A stretch of DNA of 64,000 nucleotides, taken from positions 184,575 to 248,574 of IMG/VR virus record IMGVR_UViG_3300009011_000001; one strand, 5' to 3'. The notes beneath the pieces were generated by a model that saw only the letters and a program-made list of their open reading frames with translations, did not search any database and was not told where the DNA came from. Position 1 is the stretch's first letter. Every line of letters begins with the position of its first letter. The position numbers and the translations under genes are program-made. This document shows positions 56,586 to 64,000 of the stretch, piece after piece.

Positions 56586-57854
56586 ATGTACAGCTGTGTA
56601 AAAGCGTACACCCGGTCCAACGTACCCGGCTCCAGATTTAAGGAACGCCTCATCGGTCCAGAAGACGGAACCGTGCGTTCTTTCCTGGAGGGTGCGCAGT
56701 GCCATTTGGTGCTGACTAACAGTGCCACCGAAGATACTTATTTGCTGAACCTTGAAGATGCAGCAGATTTGATCTACCGCACAGACCCGAGTTTCACCGT
56801 AGATCAGTGGCTGACCTCTCTGGGAGACCTCACTCTACCAACGACTACCATCGACCCCACGAAGTTCGGCATTAAGAAGAAGGTTGTCAAATACAACGAC
56901 CTCATCAATGCCGGCTACGATCCCCAATTGGCTCACCCGTGGATCGGTGATGGAAACGAGTTGCCTGAATCCGAGCTGACCGACATCAAGATCTACAAGG
57001 ATCTCGGCGACTACGAAAAGATCTACCGCAACTGTCTCTTCACAGCAAACGGTTTGATCCACATCGCTGACTATTCGACAGCCAGCATTCGTGTCACTGA
57101 CGCCGGTCGCTCCGTGCGCATCGCCAATGCAAACCAACTCGGCATCATCAGCTTCCAGCAGCTGGGTCAGCTGACCTTCATTCCTATCAAACGTGAGATG
57201 ATCAAACCACTCACCGCCGGTGGGAAGTTGAAGGACGGCTTCAGCATCTCATTCGGTCCAGACGTCGATCTATCGAAGAAAGTCACGATGATGTCTCTGG
57301 GTGGCGTGCTCCATCACTCGAACCAGTATTACCGTCTACAGGGCGATAATTCGCTGGTGGTTGAGTGGTGGAATTTCCCACTGATGCGCCGTTACTTCGA
57401 TACCAAGGATCTGATGGACTGGTCGAAGTTTGAAGCACAGTTGGATCGTAACCCTCGCCACTTCGATACGCTGGACATGGCCAAAGCGATGTCTGATGAA
57501 GCTATCTTGGCATTCATGGAGTTCTCGCAGACCTTTGCGATTCTGCTTGATGCCGACAGCATGTACGTCAGCCTGGATGAAGTAGAACAAACTGATCTTC
57601 CTGGTCGTTATTACACCTACGCTCGTCCTGGCTACCCTCTTCTGCTTGACAACGGCTTCCTTGCCGAGTACATCGCCAAGCCAGAAAATGGAACGTGGGT
57701 GCTCTGCATCGACACCGGCTATAACTACAACTACTACGCAGAGCTTAAGAATCCTGTCGCTGACGACTACGCGCCGTCCGTGCCAGTGAGCAGCAAAGAG
57801 TTCCAATACTGCCGAGCTTGGCTGATGGAGCTTGGTAATGAATCGCTAGGGTGA
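56586..57854 (+). CDS. Conserved jumbo-phage virion structural protein
   Basis: 422 aa, CLFTANGLIH, SLGGVLH, SQTF; gene order near the spike. Confidence 0.65.
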   Translation: MYSCVKAYTRSNVPGSRFKERLIGPEDGTVRSFLEGAQCHLVLTNSATEDTYLLNLEDAADLIYRTDPSFTVDQWLTSLGDLTLPTTTIDPTKFGIKKKVVKYNDLINAGYDPQLAHPWIGDGNELPESELTDIKIYKDLGDYEKIYRNCLFTANGLIHIADYSTASIRVTDAGRSVRIANANQLGIISFQQLGQLTFIPIKREMIKPLTAGGKLKDGFSISFGPDVDLSKKVTMMSLGGVLHHSNQYYRLQGDNSLVVEWWNFPLMRRYFDTKDLMDWSKFEAQLDRNPRHFDTLDMAKAMSDEAILAFMEFSQTFAILLDADSMYVSLDEVEQTDLPGRYYTYARPGYPLLLDNGFLAEYIAKPENGTWVLCIDTGYNYNYYAELKNPVADDYAPSVPVSSKEFQYCRAWLMELGNESLG

Positions 57855-57893
57855 CAGCATACAGCCGGAGGCCGTAGCCTCCGGCTGTATGCC
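57855..57893. terminator. Bidirectional hairpin-TATGC element
   Basis: cagcatacagccggaggc-cgta-gcctccggctgtatgcc. Confidence 0.75.
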
Positions 57894-57896
57894 ATT

Positions 57897-58163
57897 TCAG
57901 TTACTGCAGTTGAACCAACCCTGACCATCGGTCTGGTGGCTGCAACTTGCCAGGTTGCCTGCGATGCAAACGGGGATGCCGTTGATCTTGAAGAAGGTCG
58001 AGCCTTGAACCATCTTGGCGCTTTGGTGGCTGCCGCTACCGTGTGGTGCAACATCATCGCCCAGCACAGCCACGAGAGCACCGATAGCCTTGCAGAAGGT
58101 TTGGCCACCACCACGCTGAACACCACCTGCGTTGTTCAGCCCTACTAATGCAACTCCGGGCAT
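57897..58163 (-). CDS. PAAR-like spike tip protein
   Basis: VALVG, VAVLGD..APH...H, INGIPVCIAG..ASCSH metal site; follows the spike gene. Confidence 0.85.
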   Translation of the reverse strand: MPGVALVGLNNAGGVQRGGGQTFCKAIGALVAVLGDDVAPHGSGSHQSAKMVQGSTFFKINGIPVCIAGNLASCSHQTDGQGWFNCSN

Positions 58164-58172
58164 GAGACCTCC

Positions 58173-59039
58173 TTACCCTTGTTTGACGTCCACAGTAGGC
58201 GACGTAATGCTGACGTTACCAGAGTTCGATTTATAGGTGCTGCCGCCACCGTCGATGAGAACGTCTGTACCGGCTTTCAACTTAAAGCTTTTGCCGATGT
58301 TGACTTCTCCATTATTGCCCGCGGTGATTTTCAGATCGCGGGCAATGTCAGCGATCAGATCCTGAGGGGCAAACATTTTGATGTCTTTCTGATCCAGCTT
58401 AAAAAACGTACCTTTGTTGTTCTGTGCATGGATCAAAGAAAGCTTACTGACCAAGTTGATAAAGTTACCGATATCATCCGTCAGATTAAATTCACCGTTC
58501 TTCGTGTCGAAATACATTTCATAAGCAAACGGTTCGCCATCGGACTTTGATGTAGCAAAAGCCAAACGCTTACTGTGTGTTGAGAACTCGATCCAATACA
58601 TGTTCTCGGGTTTGAGTTCAGTATCTCCCTCGTCCTGGGTGTTCGAGATACCGATGATGAGTGTCTCGAGTTTGAAGAGGTTGTGGTCAAGTCCCATGTC
58701 TCGCCAGTAATACTTGTCCTCGTCCGCTGCTTGCAGAATTTCCACGCGTACGCCGCGACGCACATCTGGAGGAGTCAATCGGTTACTGGTTGCTCCGGGC
58801 AGCCACGTAGCCTTAATGGTGTTGGCGCCCATGATGCCGCCTTTAACCACATTGTTGTCCTGGTCCTTTGTCTCGTACTCCATGACGCTGGCATTCTGGG
58901 TCATCTCACCATCGCGCATTCCGATCCACTCGGTTGGGATGATTTCGATATCCTTACAGATGCTGCCATCTTCATTGACGATTGGTTTGTTGGAATCGAC
59001 ACGGCCCTGTCCGACCGTTCTGAATACAGAAGCCTGCAT
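58173..59039 (-). CDS. Baseplate central spike protein
   Basis: WLP...NRLTPPDVRRG, C-terminal beta-helix-like repeats; adjacent PAAR gene. Confidence 0.75.
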   Translation of the reverse strand: MQASVFRTVGQGRVDSNKPIVNEDGSICKDIEIIPTEWIGMRDGEMTQNASVMEYETKDQDNNVVKGGIMGANTIKATWLPGATSNRLTPPDVRRGVRVEILQAADEDKYYWRDMGLDHNLFKLETLIIGISNTQDEGDTELKPENMYWIEFSTHSKRLAFATSKSDGEPFAYEMYFDTKNGEFNLTDDIGNFINLVSKLSLIHAQNNKGTFFKLDQKDIKMFAPQDLIADIARDLKITAGNNGEVNIGKSFKLKAGTDVLIDGGGSTYKSNSGNVSITSPTVDVKQG

Positions 59040-59111
59040 GCCTGAATACCCGATTGATAAAAGTTCACGAAGGTCACCGATAATACAACGTAAACATACC
59101 GGGGACATTAA

Positions 59112-61547
59112 ATGTTCTTCGAAGAGATTGACTCTTTCAGATGTAACCGCACCTCTCTAAATGGAAAGGAGCGGATTGTTATTCGTCCTACCGCCAAGGC
59201 ACAAATGGTGCTTGGGACTAACGGTAGCGGTAAGACCAGTCTCATACAAATCGCGTTCTCGCCACTCCCTCCGGAAGCAAGCGACTTTGATGACGGCGGC
59301 TGGTTGATCCAGAAGGTTCACCACAAAGGTCATTTGTACCGTCTTGAAAACAGGCTCGATGGGAAATGGTCTTACGCCTTTCATATCGATGATGGCGAGA
59401 ACCTGAACAAGGGTCGTAACGTAACGGCTCAGCTGGAACTGATCAAGCAGCATCTGGGCTGGACTCGTGACCTGCACAACTTCCTGACTGGCAAGCTTCG
59501 TTTCACGAAGATGTCCACCGCACAGCGCCGTGACTGCATCGCGAACTTCTCCTCGGTTGATTTCGAGTACGCCTTCCGTAAGCACAAGGGTTTTCAGAAA
59601 GCCCACACTGCTGCGAAGAACGTTGAAGAATGGCTGCGTAACCAAGTTGGCTTTGCTCGCAAGGAAATGATTGAGCCGGCTGATCTTGCAGCCATGCGCG
59701 GAAAGGCTTTAGAGCTGCGTGAAACTCTGAAGCTGCTGATGAATGAACCTAAGCATTTTCTTGGCGATGAAGTTCAGTCAAAAGAGCAGATCCATCAGCT
59801 GATCGAAGATGTCAAGGCGGCCACGCGTGAGTTTGCCTACACCGATTATCCGGACAACCTTGATGCGAACAACCTTGAAGAACTGCACGAGATGTCAGCA
59901 GAACTCTTGGCGTCCGTTAACCAACTGACGGGTGAGCTGAAGGTACACGGTGAGAACCTCGACAAACTTCGTGGTCGTAAGGAGAAAGCCGATAGTCTGC
60001 TCTCCATGCCGGTCGATGACCTGAAAGCCGAATTGGCCGGATTGAAGGCAGAGCTTGATTCTGTGCCTAAGTCCATTACCGGTTTGCATGACAGCCTACT
60101 GATCCCAGCAAACGAGCCGATCGATGCGTTGCTTAACGTGGTCAATGATCTTCCGTCGGTTATGGCGTCTCGAGAAGAGGTTGAGCAGATCAATGAAAAG
60201 GTCTACGCCAAGAAACAACGCGTCGACAAGATCCACGGCCTACTCGAAGATATCGATCGGCAGATCATGCACATCCACCGTTGTGCCGAGGTCACCTGTC
60301 CGTCCTGTGCCACCATCTTTAAGCCAGGTATTGAAGCGGGTCGTTTGGAAGAACTGAACGCACGCTATCAGAATGGTCACAAGTTGTCGGGTACCGAACT
60401 TGCTGAACTGAACGATCTTAACGCAAAGCAGGGCGAGATCCGTGAGAACGTTCGCATCTACGGCCAGCTGGAGGCGATCAAGGAACGCAACCTGTCCAAG
60501 TACCCAGGTTTGTTTACCTATCTCGAACAAGCCGGCTGGACAAAGCTTGGCGCAGGTTTGGCAGTTTGCCTATCTGTCTATATTCGCGATGAGCAGGCAG
60601 CCCGTAAACGTGCAACGCTCACTCGCCGCATTGAGGAAATTGAGCATGTATTTGCTGATCTACGGGAAGAGGCACCTGAGCTGGCTGGAGTACGGAACGC
60701 TTATCTGGAAACTGAGTCAGAGTACAACCGAATCTTCCAAACTATCCAAGACCTTAAGCTACGCCGTCTACGTGTTGAAACGGTCATCCGCAACCACAGC
60801 GACTACGCAGAAAAGCTCTTGCGGTGCAACGAAGGTTACGAGAAAGTCAGACAGTCGTTAATCGATTACACCAACTATCAGGCTGACGTCATGGTAGAGG
60901 GTCTGATCAAGAAGACGCTTGAGACTCTGAGCATCCATGAGCAGGCCATTGCCGAGAACGAGTCTCACGAGACCACCCTCAAGGATCTGGAGAACAAGCA
61001 CGCCACTGCTTTGATTCGTCTGGAAGCTACTAAGAAGCTCGTAGACGCGCTTTGTCCGAAGAATGGTCTCATTGCCGAGCAGATCACTTTGCAGCTCTCA
61101 GGCATCGTCTCAGGCGTCAACAGCATGATACAGAGAGTGTGGGGCTATCCGCTTTACATGCGCCTCAATGTTGAAGTCGGAGATGAGTTGGGTTACAAGT
61201 TTCCGCTTGTGGTCGATAACAAGGAAAGGCCGGACGTTGCCAACGGCAGCGGTGCTAGCGTTGACATTATCGACATCGCTTGGGTGCTCACCGGTTACGT
61301 GTGCATGAACCTGACCGAGTACCCGCTCTGGATCGACGAGCTGGGTGCAACGTTCGACGAAGTTCACCGCCACAATCTGATTCCGCTCATGAAGGATCTG
61401 ATCGACAACGATCGGTATTCTCAGGTGCTGATCATCAGTCACAGTCTTGACGGTCAGACTGCATTCCCGAATTCAGAAACCATCATTCTGGATGACCGCA
61501 ACGTTAACTACCCCCACCATTACAATCGTCATGTGGAGTTCTCTTAA
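59112..61547 (+). CDS. sbcC: SbcC/Rad50-like ATPase
   Basis: Walker A GTNGSGKT, coiled coils, CPSC zinc hook, Walker B LWIDE, IISH. Confidence 0.9.
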   Translation: MFFEEIDSFRCNRTSLNGKERIVIRPTAKAQMVLGTNGSGKTSLIQIAFSPLPPEASDFDDGGWLIQKVHHKGHLYRLENRLDGKWSYAFHIDDGENLNKGRNVTAQLELIKQHLGWTRDLHNFLTGKLRFTKMSTAQRRDCIANFSSVDFEYAFRKHKGFQKAHTAAKNVEEWLRNQVGFARKEMIEPADLAAMRGKALELRETLKLLMNEPKHFLGDEVQSKEQIHQLIEDVKAATREFAYTDYPDNLDANNLEELHEMSAELLASVNQLTGELKVHGENLDKLRGRKEKADSLLSMPVDDLKAELAGLKAELDSVPKSITGLHDSLLIPANEPIDALLNVVNDLPSVMASREEVEQINEKVYAKKQRVDKIHGLLEDIDRQIMHIHRCAEVTCPSCATIFKPGIEAGRLEELNARYQNGHKLSGTELAELNDLNAKQGEIRENVRIYGQLEAIKERNLSKYPGLFTYLEQAGWTKLGAGLAVCLSVYIRDEQAARKRATLTRRIEEIEHVFADLREEAPELAGVRNAYLETESEYNRIFQTIQDLKLRRLRVETVIRNHSDYAEKLLRCNEGYEKVRQSLIDYTNYQADVMVEGLIKKTLETLSIHEQAIAENESHETTLKDLENKHATALIRLEATKKLVDALCPKNGLIAEQITLQLSGIVSGVNSMIQRVWGYPLYMRLNVEVGDELGYKFPLVVDNKERPDVANGSGASVDIIDIAWVLTGYVCMNLTEYPLWIDELGATFDEVHRHNLIPLMKDLIDNDRYSQVLIISHSLDGQTAFPNSETIILDDRNVNYPHHYNRHVEFS

Positions 61548-62023
61548 TGGACAACAGAAAGCTGGTTGTGATTCCTCGATGGCAGCCTCATTTCAACCGA
61601 ATGATAGAAATCATGAATGAGCACCTCGATTTGCCAGAAGGTGAGCGGCTGTACTTAGCGCAGGTTCAAGTGTTCGGCAATTCGATTGTCCCGTTTGTCT
61701 TTAAGATGGAAGACTGGCAACTCACAGCCGGTCCGGTCGAGGGCTACCGGTACACCAATCTGGCCAAAGGGATTGATGAGGGTTTCGACTGTCTCGATCC
61801 TGTATTGGCCAACGATTTCTTCGACGGTCCTGTAACGATCTTCGATTACACCCCCACTGACCTGGAGCGGGAAATCGTCGAGAACAATCTCGTCAAGAAT
61901 ACCGTGCCGAACAATGCCTACAAGCCGGGACCTGAGCTTCATCGCATTGGCTCGACTCCATTAGGCGGGACTGACTATTCCAGCTCTTTCAAGAATAAAG
62001 GACCATGGGGACTTTCGTCATGA
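61547..62023 (+). CDS. Hypothetical protein
   Basis: TAATG coupling, GGAG SD. Confidence 0.75.
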   Translation: MDNRKLVVIPRWQPHFNRMIEIMNEHLDLPEGERLYLAQVQVFGNSIVPFVFKMEDWQLTAGPVEGYRYTNLAKGIDEGFDCLDPVLANDFFDGPVTIFDYTPTDLEREIVENNLVKNTVPNNAYKPGPELHRIGSTPLGGTDYSSSFKNKGPWGLSS

Positions 62024-62193
62024 ATCCAGGCAACCTGTTGTGGTTTAGCATGCTGCTGGTCACATTGAGCATGGTTGCCGGATACGCTTATGCTCGTAAC
62101 TATCGACCTGAGCTTTTTACGGCTGCGGTTGTTCTGGCAAACATGGTGGTGGTCATCGGCCTTGGTATTTATTACTGGAAGAGTGCAGTGTAA
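62020..62193 (+). CDS. Small two-TM membrane protein
   Basis: MNPGNLLWF..., ATGA coupling. Confidence 0.65.
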   Translation: MNPGNLLWFSMLLVTLSMVAGYAYARNYRPELFTAAVVLANMVVVIGLGIYYWKSAV

Positions 62194-62366
62194 TGCACCT
62201 GGCCTATGTCTGGATCATCGCGCTCGGTCTGGCTTGCACATTCGTGGCAGGATGGCAGGCAGGCAAGTGGGGAATGAAACCTGGTGGTGTTCTAGCGTCT
62301 ATTGGAGTGATCCTTGCCATTGGTATAGCGGTCATTACGTGGAAGCTAGGAGTAGGTCATGTCTAA
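62193..62366 (+). CDS. Small two-TM membrane protein, 57 aa (not in ORF track)
   Basis: MHLAYVWIIALGLACTFVAGWQAGKWGMKPGGVLASIGVILAIGIAVITWKLGVGHV*; TAATG coupling. Confidence 0.65.
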   Translation: MHLAYVWIIALGLACTFVAGWQAGKWGMKPGGVLASIGVILAIGIAVITWKLGVGHV

Positions 62367-62595
62367 TGGAGAATATGAATTCCCCGAGGAGGACTTCTTC
62401 GGGGTAGTCGAAGTTTCGACATTTCGCCATGGGAAGATGTACGTCAAGACTGAAGGTCAAAGTGTTGGCGTAAACATCCCTGATGACGAGCTTTGGGATA
62501 AACGTTTTAAGCGTGGCGATACATTGGAAGTTTACGTCGCACCTGATAACTTTACGCATTACCGGAAGTACGTCCCGCAACAATCCGACGAATAA
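62359..62595 (+). CDS. Small beta-rich hypothetical protein
   Basis: AGGAG SD; OB-like KRGDTLEVYV. Confidence 0.7.
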   Translation: MSNGEYEFPEEDFFGVVEVSTFRHGKMYVKTEGQSVGVNIPDDELWDKRFKRGDTLEVYVAPDNFTHYRKYVPQQSDE

Positions 62596-62615
62596 ACTTT
62601 CTTTCAGTCACACAT
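62595..62615 (+). promoter_or_regulatory. Putative early promoter, 21-bp exact repeat of 19021-19041
   Basis: AACTTTCTTTCAGTCACACAT. Confidence 0.65.
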
Positions 62616-62640
62616 TGCTTAAGTGAGTACATCATTTAAA

Positions 62641-62654
62641 GTCCTCCGGAGGAC
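62641..62654 (+). promoter_or_regulatory. SD-sequestering hairpin GTCCT-CCGG-AGGAC
   Basis: Before ATG 62660. Confidence 0.75.
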
Positions 62655-62659
62655 ACGCA

Positions 62660-63073
62660 ATGCAATGCAACCGTAAAACTATCGAAGTCGAAATTGCTTT
62701 ATTGTTGAGCGCCACCAACATGCGTTACAAGGATGTAATCTTGGGCGTTGGTGCCAGCATGGTAATGGCAGGCGTTCGTGATTTGTCCCAGCACGTAGAC
62801 ATCAGCGTTCCAGCTGATGCTTACGAGCGGCTTGTAAAAGAAGGCTACCCCGTCAAGAAAACTGACGATGGTGAATGCATCGAGTATAACTCACTCGTGA
62901 CCATCTTCCGCGCCAAGCCTGCTCAGACCACTGAGATCAATGGCTTCTTGACACACACCCTGCGGTATCTTCATTCGTACAAGATTTTTCTGTCTGGTAA
63001 GCGCAACAGGAGCGTTGAAAACCGTGAGGACGACCTTGCGGATATTCGAAAGCTTGAAAGCATGATTTTCTAA
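62660..63073 (+). CDS. Minimal nucleotidyltransferase-like protein (variant catalytic motif)
   Basis: GVGASMVMAGVR...HVDI and C-terminal K...R...DDLADI. Confidence 0.6.
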   Translation: MQCNRKTIEVEIALLLSATNMRYKDVILGVGASMVMAGVRDLSQHVDISVPADAYERLVKEGYPVKKTDDGECIEYNSLVTIFRAKPAQTTEINGFLTHTLRYLHSYKIFLSGKRNRSVENREDDLADIRKLESMIF

Positions 63074-63078
63074 GCAAG

Positions 63079-63133
63079 CAGCATACACCCCCGGCATTGA
63101 GCCGGGGGTGTATGCCTTTACTTCTTTTTTTTT
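63079..63133. terminator. Bidirectional hairpin-TATGC terminator
   Basis: gcatacacccccggc-attga-gccgggggtgtatgc followed by poly-T. Confidence 0.8.
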
Positions 63134-63135
63134 GC

Positions 63136-63780
63136 TTAAGTACCGGGTGCAGTGCCTTGTAAATCGTCGATGATCTTTTGTTGTGCTTCAATCATCTCGA
63201 TCAGCTGGGCATTGCTTTGTTGCAGTGCAGCAATCTGATCACGAGCCTGCAGGAGCAACGCGTAGTCAGTCGTCCGGTTCTTGATTGCAGCGTAGCGTGC
63301 ATTCATGTTCTGGACGTACTGTTCTTGCGTGATGACATCTGCAGTCGGTGCAACGCAAAGCACGATCGTCGGAGCAACACCAGTGTCATCGGAGATGGCT
63401 TTGGCGTAAGCTTGTTGAGCACGCGTCAGATCGTAGGTATCAGGAAGCATACCCATGTCAGCAGCCATGACAACCCGAGAGTGCGGAACCACGCCCATAT
63501 TCGGGTAGGAGTCGATGTACGTGTCCGGCACGTATTTTGGCAACTCGGTATCCGAAAGGAGCGTGATGATCGCAGCGCCTTGAGCCTGATCATTCGCGTA
63601 ATCAACAGTCGACAGACCAACGGGTTCGTAAACAACCTTCATTGGATCAAGGCCACGCTTGAGCATGTCCTCGAAGGTTTGTTCAGCACCTACCCGATAG
63701 ATCACCGTGCCTGTAGCAACAAACGGAAGGCGGAGGGAGAAAAGACCCCGACTGCCCAGTGGTGGTGTCATGCGAGCCAT
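63136..63780 (-). CDS. Conserved jumbo-phage protein with C-terminal coiled coil
   Basis: TPP.G.RG.F.L..PF, YVPDTYIDSYP. Confidence 0.75.
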   Translation of the reverse strand: MARMTPPLGSRGLFSLRLPFVATGTVIYRVGAEQTFEDMLKRGLDPMKVVYEPVGLSTVDYANDQAQGAAIITLLSDTELPKYVPDTYIDSYPNMGVVPHSRVVMAADMGMLPDTYDLTRAQQAYAKAISDDTGVAPTIVLCVAPTADVITQEQYVQNMNARYAAIKNRTTDYALLLQARDQIAALQQSNAQLIEMIEAQQKIIDDLQGTAPGT

Positions 63781-63791
63781 CGGACCACCCC

Positions 63792-64000
63792 TTAGCCATC
63801 GGCCAGTTTGTTAACGCTGTACGCGGTCACGACCAGATAGAGGAACTTGTCGTAGCTCTTGGCCAGATAGACAATGCCGTTACGGATCACACGGTTAAAG
63901 CCGGCAGGAACGCCGGAGTTCACTGTCATCTCTTCAGCGTGCATCAACATCGGGTCGAGGATGGTGTTGATCCAGACACGAGTTTTTTGATTCATCATGC
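63792..64000 (-). CDS. C-terminus of a probable virion structural protein (starts outside window)
   Basis: Open frame to the window edge; RVIRNGIVYL...YLVV end. Confidence 0.6.
   Translation of the reverse strand, partial: MMNQKTRVWINTILDPMLMHAEEMTVNSGVPAGFNRVIRNGIVYLAKSYDKFLYLVVTAYSVNKLADG

Noticed and set aside
1-64000. CRISPR array, DGR, intron/intein or genetic-code reassignment
   Set aside because: No regularly spaced repeats, reverse transcriptase, homing nuclease or intein motifs were seen; genes read normally in code 11.

Overview
This 64-kb window is from a phiKZ-related, nucleus-forming jumbo myophage (Chimalliviridae-like; host not determinable from sequence, Pseudomonas plausible). 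All family assignments come from motif recognition and recalled gene order, not from database searches. Core genes recognised: DnaB-like helicase, major capsid protein, a non-virion RNA polymerase beta-type subunit, CYTH protein, RuvC, probable portal, modular endolysin, tail-fibre proteins, a gp38-like glycine-rich adhesin, PAAR tip plus central spike, and an SbcC ATPase. About 20 paralogous small fibre-like structural genes lie at 4.8-19 kb and 37.4-40 kb. The least explained signals are in RNA. (i) Three ~230-nt, densely base-paired intergenic elements in the first 5 kb look like independent ncRNA genes, and one has a tail complementary to the leader of the next gene. (ii) Seven copies of a GTCCT-NNGG-AGGAC hairpin bury the Shine-Dalgarno of non-structural genes. 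(iii) About 16 hairpins end in a strand-oriented TATG(C/T) instead of an adjacent U-tract. (iv) An attenuator-like leader precedes the CYTH gene. The fibre array has a pilus-like logic (shared domain, C-terminal linker motif, lectin-like tips) and includes one gene split in-frame by a single TAA.
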